From the IMG/VR virus record IMGVR_UViG_3300005515_000023, positions 1 through 39,374 of that record: DNA of 39,374 nucleotides; one strand, written 5' to 3'. Positions within the stretch are counted from its first letter, which is position 1. Each line of letters opens with the position of its first letter. This stretch comes from a virus. Positions 6,802 through 15,934 of the stretch are shown here, piece by piece. The position numbers and the translations under genes are program-made. A model generated the notes under the pieces. The model saw only the letters and a list, made by a program, of their open reading frames with translations. It searched no databases and had not been told where the DNA came from.

Positions 6802-8236
6802 AGATTACGCCTTCTCTCGCCTCATTGCGTACGCGGCGTACCAGTGGCCCGGCTATCGTGACGCGCCGCATCACAGGTTGATCGCAAGGCATCTGGAGGC
6901 AGTCGAGCGGGGAGAAATCACCCGCCTGATGATCACAATGCCGCCTCGGCATGGCAAGAGCATGCTGGCGAGCGAGTTCTTCCCGGCTTGGTATCTCGGC
7001 AGGAACCCAGACCACTACGTTGTCACGGCCACATACGCGCAAGACCTGGCTGACGATTTCGGGCGCAAGGTCAAGAACCAGATCGAGGATTTCGGGTTCA
7101 AGGCCATTTTCCCCGGCGTGGGGCTGGCTGACGACAGCAAGAGCGCCAAGCGCTTCCACATTCAGGAGGCAGCCGGCGGCATCGAGCACGCGACGAACCA
7201 GCGCGGCGCCTTCTACGCAGTCGGTGTAGGCGGACCACTCACTGGCCGCGGCGCTCATCTTCTGCTGATCGACGACCCGGTGAAGAACCGCGAGGACGCG
7301 GAATCCGAGGTCATCCGGAAGAAGACGAAGGACTGGTACACGTCGACGGCCTACACCCGCCTGATGCCAGGCGGCCGGGTCGTGCTGATCCAAACACGTT
7401 GGCATGAAGACGATCTGTCGGGCTGGCTCCAGACCGAGCACAAACACGAGGGCTGGGTCGTTCTAGACCTGCCAGCGATCGACAAGGCCGGCAAAGCGCT
7501 CTGGCCTGAACAATACGACCTCGAGGCGCTGGAGAGGATCAAGCGAGCGCTCCCGCCGCGGGACTGGTCCGCGCTTTATCAGCAGGCACCAACACCGGAC
7601 GAAGGCGACTACTTCAAGACGGAGTGGTTCAGGGCTGGCACGCTGCCGCCAAAGGATCAGATGCGCATCTACGGCGCGTCCGACTATGCGGTCACGGCTG
7701 ACGGCGGCGACTTCACGGTTCACGTCGTCGTCGGTATCGACCCTGATGGGCGCATGTGGCTCCTCGATGTCTGGCGCCAGCAGGCGGCGTCCGATGTCTG
7801 GGTAGAGGCCTGGTGCGATCTCGTCCTGAAGTGGAAGCCCATGGGGTGGGCCGAGGAGACAGGCCAGATCAAAGCGGGCGTCGGGCCGTTCCTTGAGAAG
7901 CGCGCACGAGAGCGGAAAGCCTATTGCTATCGCGAGCAGTTCCCGACGCGCGGAGACAAGGCAGTACGGGCTCAATCAATCCGCGGGCGCATGGCCCTGG
8001 ATGGCCTCTACATCGCCGCTGACGCGCCATTCAGGAGCGATCTGATCAGCGAGTGCCTGCGCTTTCCGGCCGGCGTCCATGACGACCAGGTCGATGCTCT
8101 GGGGCTAGTGGGTCAGCTGCTCGACAGGATGCTGAACGGCCAGAAGCCGAAGACGGACGAGCCCCGGAAGCTGGCCAGCGACTACCGCGGCGCCGGAGAT
8201 GACTCGTCGTCGAGTGATGAATGGATGACCGTCTGA
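6761..8236 (+). CDS. terL: Terminase large subunit
   Basis: Walker A-like PPRHGKS, Walker B LLLIDDP, coupling motif and nuclease-domain residues (WHEDDLSGWL, GASDYAV, VHDDQVDAL). AAGGA lies upstream of GTG/ATG 6761/6764. Confidence 0.9.
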   Translation: MMPRSQLQLAPTAEDYAFSRLIAYAAYQWPGYRDAPHHRLIARHLEAVERGEITRLMITMPPRHGKSMLASEFFPAWYLGRNPDHYVVTATYAQDLADDFGRKVKNQIEDFGFKAIFPGVGLADDSKSAKRFHIQEAAGGIEHATNQRGAFYAVGVGGPLTGRGAHLLLIDDPVKNREDAESEVIRKKTKDWYTSTAYTRLMPGGRVVLIQTRWHEDDLSGWLQTEHKHEGWVVLDLPAIDKAGKALWPEQYDLEALERIKRALPPRDWSALYQQAPTPDEGDYFKTEWFRAGTLPPKDQMRIYGASDYAVTADGGDFTVHVVVGIDPDGRMWLLDVWRQQAASDVWVEAWCDLVLKWKPMGWAEETGQIKAGVGPFLEKRARERKAYCYREQFPTRGDKAVRAQSIRGRMALDGLYIAADAPFRSDLISECLRFPAGVHDDQVDALGLVGQLLDRMLNGQKPKTDEPRKLASDYRGAGDDSSSSDEWMTV

Positions 8237-10200
8237 TGCCAGAGATGACCGCCGATTTCGTGATGGGGGATGCGCCTCGTCGCGCGCCAATCGTCACGCG
8301 GACGGACGGCTATTGGTCTCTCCAACGGCTCAAGCGCGCTTACACGAGCTATCTCGAAGAGAAGCGTGACGAGATCAGCGAGCAGAAGGACGCCAGGCGC
8401 TACTACCATGGCTCTCAGTGGACGGCTGCGCAGCAGGCAGAGTTTCGCCGTCGCAAGCAGCCGGTGCTGACCTTCAATGAGATCTCCCCGAAGATCAACG
8501 GGATCGTCGGGATTATCGAGCGGCTAAGGCAGGACCCCAAGGGTTATGCTCGCACGCCCAAGCACGAGGAGGGCGCAGAGCTGGCCACCGCTGCGGTGCG
8601 CTACATCCTTGACCAACAGGAGTGGTCAGCGAAGTCGCCTTTTGCTGCCTTGGATGGGGCTATTGACGGCCTCGCTGGCATCGAGATCATTCTCGAGCAG
8701 GGCGACACCGGCGACCCGGAAATCGGCTTCGACAATGTTGACCCGGATTCGTTCTTCTACGACCCGCGGTCATTCAAGTCTGATTTCTCCGATGCCCGTT
8801 ACATGGGCTACGGGAAGTGGATGCTGGAAGAGGATGTCGTGGACCTGGCCCCGGAAGGGGTCGAGATCATTGGCACGGGCGGAGACGAGCTCTCTTCGGA
8901 CAGCGACCGCGACAACAAATGGTTTGCCGCTTCCCAGGAAGGAGGGCAGCGCATTCGCGTTGTCGATTGCTGGTACAAGCACAAAGGCGAATGGTGCTGG
9001 GCCATTTTCACCGGCTCGCAGATCCTCATGGAAGGGAAAAGCTACCTTCGGGATGAGAAGGGCCGGCCGGCCTGCAAGTACATCATGTACTCGGCTGCGA
9101 TCGATCAGGATGGCGACCGCTACGGGTTTGTCCGCAACCTGCGGTCTCCTCAGGACAGCATCAACGCGAACCAATCGAAGATCCGCCATATCGCCGCGAG
9201 CCAACGCATCATCATGCGCGAGGGTGCGGTCAAGGACGTCGAGAAGACCCGACGCGAGTGGGCCAAGCCAGACGGCGTTGTCGTGGTCGAGAGCGTGTCG
9301 GGTGACCTGACGCAGGACATCCGGACGGAAGACCAAGCTGTCGATTTGGCCGGATGGACCAAAATTCTTGAGTTCGGCATGCAGTGGCTGCGAGCCTATG
9401 GCCCGAACCCTGCTCTTCTTGGAGAGGCTGGTCAGGATCAATCTGGCCGCGCCTTGCAAATCCTTCAGCAGGCGGGGCTATCACAGCTCGGCCCCTACAT
9501 GCTCGTCTATAAGGGCTGGAAACTGCGGGTCTACCGCGCGCTTCTCAGTGCGGCTCAGCAGCACTGGAAAGCGGAGCGTTGGATTCGCGTCACCGACGAC
9601 GAAGGCCTGGCGCAGTACGTCCAGGTCAATGGCTTGGGCACCGACCCCAGAACCGGATTCCCGGCCATCGTTAACGCCCTCGGCAGCCTCGATGTCGATA
9701 TCATCATGGATGAGGGGCCAGACACGATCACCATGGCCCAGGACAACCTGGACACCTTGAATGCGCTTGGTGACGGGGCGCCGCCGGAGCTGAAGATCAA
9801 GCTCTCCCCGCTCAGTGCAAGCGTCAAGAAGGAGGCTTTGGCGATCCTCGACCAGGCGCGTCAGGCCCAGGCTCAACAGCCGAACCCCGAAATGATGAAG
9901 CTTCAAGCCGAGATGCAGGCCAAGCAGAAGGACGCACAGCTCCAGATCGAGCGGGCGCAGGCCGATATCATGCTGAAGCGCGAGGCGAACGCCGCAGACA
10001 TCCAGATGAAGCGGGAAAGCGCCGCGGTCGACATGGAATTGGATGCGCAGAAGGCCGCGCAGCAAATGGAAATCGAGCGCGTCAAAGCTGCCGCCCAAAT
10101 CCAGCTGCAACGCGACAAGGGCGTTGTTCAGAACGCCGTCGCCATCCAGCGCGGGGAACTGCAAGCGGAGCAGGCGCGGGAGCGCGCTGCTTCCGAATGA
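8236..10200 (+). CDS. Portal protein with long C-terminal coiled-coil (P22-like barrel)
   Basis: TGATG overlap with the terL stop (alternative start 8221). RRYYHGSQWTAAQQAEFRRRKQPVLTFNEI is typical of portals. The last roughly 120 aa are continuous E/Q/A/K-rich helix. Confidence 0.85.
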   Translation: MPEMTADFVMGDAPRRAPIVTRTDGYWSLQRLKRAYTSYLEEKRDEISEQKDARRYYHGSQWTAAQQAEFRRRKQPVLTFNEISPKINGIVGIIERLRQDPKGYARTPKHEEGAELATAAVRYILDQQEWSAKSPFAALDGAIDGLAGIEIILEQGDTGDPEIGFDNVDPDSFFYDPRSFKSDFSDARYMGYGKWMLEEDVVDLAPEGVEIIGTGGDELSSDSDRDNKWFAASQEGGQRIRVVDCWYKHKGEWCWAIFTGSQILMEGKSYLRDEKGRPACKYIMYSAAIDQDGDRYGFVRNLRSPQDSINANQSKIRHIAASQRIIMREGAVKDVEKTRREWAKPDGVVVVESVSGDLTQDIRTEDQAVDLAGWTKILEFGMQWLRAYGPNPALLGEAGQDQSGRALQILQQAGLSQLGPYMLVYKGWKLRVYRALLSAAQQHWKAERWIRVTDDEGLAQYVQVNGLGTDPRTGFPAIVNALGSLDVDIIMDEGPDTITMAQDNLDTLNALGDGAPPELKIKLSPLSASVKKEALAILDQARQAQAQQPNPEMMKLQAEMQAKQKDAQLQIERAQADIMLKREANAADIQMKRESAAVDMELDAQKAAQQMEIERVKAAAQIQLQRDKGVVQNAVAIQRGELQAEQARERAASE

Positions 10201-10212
10201 AATCGTAGGCGA

Positions 10213-10328
10213 CCGCGACACGGCGCCGTTGATGACCACGTAACGGCATGGCTCGGGCAGCCTTATCGCCCTTTCCGCACCGCCACCGCGACACGGGGCG
10301 ATCTCGTAACCAGCCACGATACGGCAGG
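10213..10328 (+). repeat. Duplicated motif in the portal-scaffold intergenic region
   Basis: CCGCGACACGG occurs at 10213..10223 and 10286..10296. Each copy is followed about 25-30 nt later by CCACG(TA/AT)ACGGCA. Confidence 0.5.
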
Positions 10329-10339
10329 AAGGACTAATC

Positions 10340-11239
10340 ATGTCAGGTTTCGACGACAAGGAGCTTTTCGAGAACGCTCTTCCCGACGACAAGCCGGCCG
10401 AACAGCCGGCGGCTGAACAGCCACAGGCAGAAGCTGAGACGGGCCGGCAGCGCGACGCGCACGGCAGGTACGCATCGGCAACGCCAGAAGGTGGTGAGCC
10501 CTCGCAGGAGCAGGCAACCGACCCGAGTGAGCCACAGCAGGACAACGGCGAGCAGCCGGTGCCCGGCAAGCGCTTCGGGGAAGTTACCCGCGCTCGTGAT
10601 GAGGCGATCCGCCGCGCTGAAGAGGCAGAGCGCCGCGCAAACGAGACAGCCGCCATGCTCCGGCAGGTGATGTCTCAGGGGCGACAGCCGCAGCCGCCGG
10701 CTCAGCAGCAAGAGCAACCCGACCCTCTCAACTCGCTTTTCGAGAACCCCGAAGCCTTCTTTGGGCAGCGGGACAGCGTGATCATGGGGGCTGTCGGAGA
10801 AGCACTCGCCAAGGCCACGCCAGAGGGCGCCAAAGCCTATGACGAGGCCTTTCAGGCGCTTGCACAGCTGAAGCAGCAGGACCGGGCTGCGTTTGGCGCT
10901 GCATACACCAACATCATGAACAGCCACCCGCTGAACCAGGCGAAGTCTCTCGTGGATTGGCATCGCAGCGTTCAGGTGCAGCAGCGCGTCGGAAATGATC
11001 CGGATGCCTTCTTCACCCGCACTCTTGAGGAGCGGCTGACCAAGGATCCGGAGTTCGCGAAGTCACTCGTCGAGAAACTGACAGGTCAGGCCCGCCAAAC
11101 GGCTTCAGCCAATGGCGACAAGCCTCTCCTCAACCTGCCGCCTTCGCTCAGCCGAGCAACTGCCGCGGCCCAGAATGCGGGCGCCGGCATCTCCGACCTG
11201 TCGGACGCGGCGCTTTTCGCTGACGCACTCCGAAACTAG
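10340..11239 (+). CDS. Scaffolding protein (putative)
   Basis: Lies between portal and coat. Acidic, Q/A/E-rich, largely helical and low in complexity at the N-terminus. AGGAAGGA RBS. Confidence 0.65.
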   Translation: MSGFDDKELFENALPDDKPAEQPAAEQPQAEAETGRQRDAHGRYASATPEGGEPSQEQATDPSEPQQDNGEQPVPGKRFGEVTRARDEAIRRAEEAERRANETAAMLRQVMSQGRQPQPPAQQQEQPDPLNSLFENPEAFFGQRDSVIMGAVGEALAKATPEGAKAYDEAFQALAQLKQQDRAAFGAAYTNIMNSHPLNQAKSLVDWHRSVQVQQRVGNDPDAFFTRTLEERLTKDPEFAKSLVEKLTGQARQTASANGDKPLLNLPPSLSRATAAAQNAGAGISDLSDAALFADALRN

Positions 11240-11265
11240 CCGCTAGCCACAGTCCAGACCGCACG

Positions 11266-11291
11266 AACCCGCCCTTCAAGGCGGGTTTTTT
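11266..11291 (+). terminator. Intrinsic terminator between scaffold and coat genes
   Basis: AACCCGCC-cttcaa-GGCGGGTT followed by a T run (TTTTTTG). Confidence 0.7.
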
Positions 11292-11335
11292 GTTGTCCGG
11301 GCGCGGTGGTGGCTGACCTTTGAAAGGAAACGGCG

Positions 11336-12475
11336 ATGGCCGTCACCACTGTCCAGTCCAACAACAACCTCGTCCAGTTCACGAGGGACATCAACCGCGA
11401 GTTCATCCGGCAGAACATGTTCAGCCCCTTCATGGGGCCTGGGCTCAATGCCATCATCCGCCTTCGCCAGGAGCCCAAGAAGGGCGGCGAAGTGATGAAC
11501 ATCCCGCTCGTCACCAAGCTGACGGGCAAGGGTGTCGGGCGCGGTCCTCTCGTCGGCAACGAGGAGAAGATCGACAACTACGGCATGCGCCTCTGGATCG
11601 ACTGGGCGCGTCATGCGGTCGTTTCGACTGATGCGGAGAAGCACAAGGACGACGGCCTCGTTTTCGAGGAAGCACGGCCGATGCTGTCCGACTGGGGCCG
11701 CGAGCTTCAGCGCGACGAGCTGGTCGAAGCCTTCATGGCGCTGCCGTCTGAGACTTCGCCCGTTGCGCACTCGTCCGATGATGGCGATCGGGTCAACGGC
11801 ATCCGCTGGGAAGCCTCGACCGCCACTCAGCGCAACGCGTTCGGCGCCGCCAACTCCGACCGCATCCTGTTCGGCAATGCCGTCTCCAACTACAACGCCA
11901 CCTTCGCCACCGCGCTCGGCAACGTCGATACGACCAACGACAAGCTGACCGGTTCGTCGGTGTCGCTTCTGGAGCGCATCGCGGAACAGGCTTCGCCTTC
12001 GATCCGCCCGTACTCGCTGCGGGATGGCTACGAGACGTATGTCCTCTTCGTCGGCACCAACACCTATCGCGATCTGTATGAGGACCTGAAGACGGTCCAC
12101 ATGAATGCGCAGGTTCGCGGCAGCAACAACCCGCTGTTTCGCCCCGGCGACCTTGAGTACGGCAATGTGCTCATCCGCAAGGTACCGCAGATCTCGACCT
12201 ACGTGTCGAACGTCTGGACCGACCTCAAGACCGCCGGCAACTCGTCCTCGCGAGTCGAGCCGGTGTTCCTGGCCGGCCAGCAGGCAGCGGTTCTCGGCTG
12301 GGGCCAGATGGCGAAGCCCGTCACCCGCAAGGAAGACGATTACGGCTTCGTCGACGGCCGCGGCATCTCCATGGCCTACGGCGTCGGCAAGATGTTCAAG
12401 AAGCATCCGATGGACGGAACCTCGCTGAAGCAGTGGGGCGTCGTCACCGGCTTCTTCTCGGCTGCTGCTGACTGA
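11336..12475 (+). CDS. Major capsid protein
   Basis: GAAAGGAAACGG RBS. The N-terminal pattern FTRDINREFIRQNMFSPFMGPGLNAIIRL...GGEVMNIPLVTKLTGKGV...LVGNEEKI matches coat proteins of the N4-gp56/BPP-1-type podophage family as I recall it. Position follows the scaffold gene. Confidence 0.8.
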   Translation: MAVTTVQSNNNLVQFTRDINREFIRQNMFSPFMGPGLNAIIRLRQEPKKGGEVMNIPLVTKLTGKGVGRGPLVGNEEKIDNYGMRLWIDWARHAVVSTDAEKHKDDGLVFEEARPMLSDWGRELQRDELVEAFMALPSETSPVAHSSDDGDRVNGIRWEASTATQRNAFGAANSDRILFGNAVSNYNATFATALGNVDTTNDKLTGSSVSLLERIAEQASPSIRPYSLRDGYETYVLFVGTNTYRDLYEDLKTVHMNAQVRGSNNPLFRPGDLEYGNVLIRKVPQISTYVSNVWTDLKTAGNSSSRVEPVFLAGQQAAVLGWGQMAKPVTRKEDDYGFVDGRGISMAYGVGKMFKKHPMDGTSLKQWGVVTGFFSAAAD

Positions 12476-12481
12476 TCAGTC

Positions 12482-12503
12482 GGGGCGGCCTGAACGCCGC
12501 CCC
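12482..12503 (+). terminator. GC hairpin after the coat gene (weak terminator or stability element)
   Basis: GGGGCGGC-ctgaac-GCCGCCCC. No T run follows, so termination efficiency is doubtful. Confidence 0.3.
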
Positions 12504-12536
12504 GCTCCTCCCTGACAATTCGGAAAGGAACGAGCC

Positions 12537-12932
12537 ATGGCGCTCAACAACGCGAAGCCCGCGCGCGACGTGTTCGAACACGTCGTCCACTACATCGCGA
12601 AGGATTTCACCTTCAACGACAACGGCAAGGTTCTGACGATCGGTACGATTCCCGCCGGCGCTCTGATCCTCAAGCCGCTCTCCGGCGCGACTGTCAACAC
12701 CGTGTTCAATGCCGGCACGACCAATGTGCTCGACATCGGAACGACTGCCGACGACGACCTGTACGGGACCGATCTTGCGCTCGGCACGGCGGCATTCGTG
12801 CCGTTGGACGAGGTGGTTTCCTACAAGGTCACGGCTGACACGACGTTCACGGCCACTGTTGCCCTTTCTGGCACCGCGGCGACGACCGGCGCCGGGGTTG
12901 TGAGCATCGCATACCTGCCCCGCATCGCGTGA
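12537..12932 (+). CDS. Head decoration / cement-type protein (putative)
   Basis: GGAAAGGAACGAGCC RBS. 131 aa, beta-rich and T/A/G-rich. Lies immediately after the coat gene, as for DUF2190-type decoration proteins. Confidence 0.45.
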   Translation: MALNNAKPARDVFEHVVHYIAKDFTFNDNGKVLTIGTIPAGALILKPLSGATVNTVFNAGTTNVLDIGTTADDDLYGTDLALGTAAFVPLDEVVSYKVTADTTFTATVALSGTAATTGAGVVSIAYLPRIA

Positions 12933-12944
12933 CCGGAGGGGCAA

Positions 12945-13319
12945 ATGGCACGGTTCACGTACATCGGCGTTGACGGCGCGGCCGATCCGAAGGGCACCCG
13001 CCAGTTCGGCATCGACTTCCCCGTCAACAAGTCGGTCGAAGTGACCGACGACGCGGCGATCTCGAAGCTGGCCGGTCATCCGCATTTCAAAGCGTCCGAC
13101 AAGGACGCGAAGAAGGCGGAGAAAGAGGCCTCAGACGCCAACCCGCAACCGCCCGAGCCAGAGCCCGCTGACAGCCGCGCCTACAACAAGGGCGCGGAAG
13201 CTGCGGCGGCTGGGAAGGGGCGCACTATCCCCCCGGCCTACCGCGGCAAGCAGGAAGAGGTCCAGTGGCTCGCTGGCTATGATGCCGGCCAAGCCCCGGC
13301 CTCCGGTCAGGAAGACTGA
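12945..13319 (+). CDS. Hypothetical virion-module protein with C-terminal Rmf/CrpP-like motif
   Basis: AYNKGAEAAAAGKGRTIPPAYRGKQEEVQWLAGYDAG resembles the GYxAGxxG...P...WLxGW pattern of Rmf/CrpP-fold proteins. Confidence 0.5.
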   Translation: MARFTYIGVDGAADPKGTRQFGIDFPVNKSVEVTDDAAISKLAGHPHFKASDKDAKKAEKEASDANPQPPEPEPADSRAYNKGAEAAAAGKGRTIPPAYRGKQEEVQWLAGYDAGQAPASGQED

Positions 13320-13321
13320 CC

Positions 13322-13654
13322 ATGGCTACGCAGGCGCAACTCGTCAGCTACGTCCTGTGGCGCCTGCGTGCCCGCGCCTCCGGGCAGGCGCCGATGACTG
13401 AGGACAGTGATGACGTGGCGGCTCTTGTCGCGCCAAAGCTGGCAGATCTCGCTGCCCGGCAGATCATCTACATCGGCGACCCTGACGATATCCCCGACGC
13501 TGCTCTGGAGTGGATCGGGCGCTTGGTCGAGCAAGCCGTGGTCTCCGCGTTCGGTGGCCAGGAGGATGGCCAAGGGATGCTCTATGCCGAGGCGATGCTC
13601 CGACGGCAGCAGCCGAGCGAACAGACGACGACAGCGCGGGCGGACTACTTCTGA
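13322..13654 (+). CDS. Head-tail adaptor (P22 gp4-position protein, putative)
   Basis: Position immediately upstream of the gp10-like gene. TGATG-coupled to it. No motif recognised. Confidence 0.45.
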   Translation: MATQAQLVSYVLWRLRARASGQAPMTEDSDDVAALVAPKLADLAARQIIYIGDPDDIPDAALEWIGRLVEQAVVSAFGGQEDGQGMLYAEAMLRRQQPSEQTTTARADYF

Positions 13655-15033
13655 TGCCCGGCACGCCGTTCCCCCTCGCCAAAAGCTCGACGCCAGGATC
13701 GCGACCGGGAGAGGGTGAAGGCCGGTACTTCAACTGCTCGCCCGTGATTGAGGGCGATCGGTTCTATGTGCGTCGGACGCCGGGGCTGGCAAAGCTGCTG
13801 ACGACCGGCGGCTCTGCGCCGTTTCGCGGCGGCATCGACATCAACGGCGTGAAATACGTCGTTCTCGGCACGACGGTCTACAAGATCACAGGAACGACGC
13901 CCACGGCCCTCACGGGCTCGATCCCAGGTTCTGACGGCGTCACCCTGGCCCGCAACAACAAGGTCACTGACGGTGTCTCCACGCCCGACGTGGTGGCGGT
14001 TCGCGAGAGTGGCGGCGCCTATGTGATCTCGACGACGGCTGTCAGCTCCTACCCGGATGCCGATCTGCCGAGCAATGTGAATTCCGTCACCTTCCTTGAA
14101 GGCTTCCTGCTCTTCAGCATCGCAGATGGCCGGTATTTCGCTTCCGAACTGAACTCGACCGACATCAATGCGCTGTCCTTTGCGACGGCGGAATCTCGGT
14201 CTGACGGCCTGCGCCGGGTCATCGTCCGCGGCAACATCTCGTATGCCATGGGCGAAACCACGATCGAGCCGTGGAAGAACATCGGCACATCGCCATTCCC
14301 GCTCCAGCGCTCTCCGACCGTGATGCAGGTGGGCCTGCTGACCACGATGGCGGTGGCGGGGTTTGAAGACAGCTGGAACGCCCCGACCTTCTTCGTCTCC
14401 TCCGATCGGCGCGTCATGGCGCTGGCGGGCTATGAGACATCCCCGGTTTCGACCCCTGATGTCGAACGCTTCCTGTCGGCTTCCACGGCCTCGACGGTTG
14501 AGGTTTCGGCCTATGTCTGGAAGGGCCGTTCGTTCATCGCTGTGTCGAGCGATGCCGGCTCCTGGGTCTACGACGTAACGGCGAAGGGCTGGCACGAGCG
14601 CGGCAGCACTGGCGCGACGCGTTGGCGGGCGAAGCTCTCGTTCGTCTCCTCTGGCCAATGGGTCTTCGGCGACGTTCTCAGCGGCGATCTGCTGGTGATG
14701 AGCGACACGCTGACCGAGAACGGCGCGGCGATCGGCGGCTTCGTCCAGACCGGGCCGCTCAAGGACTTCCCGTCTCGTATCGCGACGAAGCTGAGCGCAG
14801 ACTTCACCGAGGCTGCGATCACGATCTATGTGAGCTGGTCGCATGACGGCGGCAAGACGTGGTCAACCGAGCTTCAGCGTTCGATCACCGATGCCGAGAA
14901 GTGGCCGATGGCGGTCGCCAATCTGGGACTTTCTACGCAGGCCGGCATCATAGCGAAATTCCGATGGGAAGGCCCTCAGGACTTCTCGTTCATGGGCGCC
15001 ACGGCGACGCGCCTGTTTGGTGAGGCCGCGTAA
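13654..15033 (+). CDS. Packaged-DNA stabilisation / tail hub protein (P22 gp10-like)
   Basis: Start MPGTPFPL (TGATG overlap), not the track start 13510. Size of 459 aa and segments such as TTIEPWKNIG...FPLQRSP...VGLLT resemble P22 gp10 (STIEYFSLTG...). Confidence 0.6.
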   Translation: MPGTPFPLAKSSTPGSRPGEGEGRYFNCSPVIEGDRFYVRRTPGLAKLLTTGGSAPFRGGIDINGVKYVVLGTTVYKITGTTPTALTGSIPGSDGVTLARNNKVTDGVSTPDVVAVRESGGAYVISTTAVSSYPDADLPSNVNSVTFLEGFLLFSIADGRYFASELNSTDINALSFATAESRSDGLRRVIVRGNISYAMGETTIEPWKNIGTSPFPLQRSPTVMQVGLLTTMAVAGFEDSWNAPTFFVSSDRRVMALAGYETSPVSTPDVERFLSASTASTVEVSAYVWKGRSFIAVSSDAGSWVYDVTAKGWHERGSTGATRWRAKLSFVSSGQWVFGDVLSGDLLVMSDTLTENGAAIGGFVQTGPLKDFPSRIATKLSADFTEAAITIYVSWSHDGGKTWSTELQRSITDAEKWPMAVANLGLSTQAGIIAKFRWEGPQDFSFMGATATRLFGEAA

Positions 15034-15641
15034 TGGCTGATCTCGAACAGGACCCGCCATTCGTTCCCCCGACCGAGATCAGGGTCACGGACGAAAACGG
15101 CAAACAGACCACCTCGCTCCACGACTGGTTCACCGGGCTGTTCGGATGGATGCGGGCCAACGTCGTAGACCTACGAACGAAGGTCACGACACTCATTGAT
15201 GGCCAGGATGACCTTCAGGCTGCGCTAGAGGTCGAGCAGATCGCGCGCGTCGATGGTGATACCGCGCTCGCAGCGTCGATCACGACGGTCGATGCGAAGG
15301 CGAACAACGCCACGGCGAACGGCCAGATTTTCTTGGCGGCCAAGGCGGCCCCGAGCGGATCGACGGCGGCGTACGGCATTTATCTCACAGCCGGCAGCAA
15401 GTTCACTGGCCTGGAGATGCTGGCGACGAGCGGCGGTGATTCCGCGATCGGCATGACGGCCAGCAAGTTCACGTTCACCGACAGCGGAACGTCGCAGGCG
15501 GTGTTTGGCTACACGGGCAGCGCGTTCGTCTTTCAGGTGCCTGTCGTTCTCCAGTCGGGCGGGACAGGCCAGCCTAGCAGCAAGATCCTCATCTATGACG
15601 CCAGCAACGTCCTGCGCGTCGCTATCGGCGTGGGCATCTGA
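15033..15641 (+). CDS. Tail needle / fibre-like coiled-coil protein (P22 gp26 position)
   Basis: TAATG overlap. MADLEQDPPFVPP start, then the coiled-coil-like DLRTKVTTLIDGQDDLQAALEVEQIARVDGDTALAASITTVDAKANN. Confidence 0.5.
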   Translation: MADLEQDPPFVPPTEIRVTDENGKQTTSLHDWFTGLFGWMRANVVDLRTKVTTLIDGQDDLQAALEVEQIARVDGDTALAASITTVDAKANNATANGQIFLAAKAAPSGSTAAYGIYLTAGSKFTGLEMLATSGGDSAIGMTASKFTFTDSGTSQAVFGYTGSAFVFQVPVVLQSGGTGQPSSKILIYDASNVLRVAIGVGI

Positions 15642-15934
15642 TGGCGAATGGCCTGCGGGTTTGGGACGCTTCGGGAAATCTAATCCTCGATGTCACCGAC
15701 CGGCTGACGCGCATTCTCGGCTATGCCTACCTGCCGGCAAGCAGCAGTTCGTCACTCGTAGACAACGGCTTTCTGACAGGATCGCCCTTCTACATCGCTA
15801 TCCGCACAAACGGCAGTGGAACCGTCTTCAACGGGACCAGTGTCGCGGTCTCCATCTCGTTCTCAGGCAGCACGATGTTCTACTCGACGAGCCAGAGCAT
15901 CGCTGACTACATCATCGTGTACGGCGTCTACTGA
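15641..15934 (+). CDS. Small tail-associated protein (paralogous motif with next gene)
   Basis: TGATG-coupled. The N-terminal GLRVWDASGNLILD motif recurs in the next ORF. Confidence 0.5.
   Translation: MANGLRVWDASGNLILDVTDRLTRILGYAYLPASSSSSLVDNGFLTGSPFYIAIRTNGSGTVFNGTSVAVSISFSGSTMFYSTSQSIADYIIVYGVY

Noticed and set aside
9481-10656. 391-aa minus-strand ORF. Similar long antisense ORFs are at 11276..12406, 13645..14844, 4525..5199, 6713..7447 and 38525..39124.
   Set aside because: All lie antisense to genes with strong family signatures (portal, coat, gp10-like, terL, methylase). They have R/A/G/P-rich junk composition and no RBS or coupling logic.
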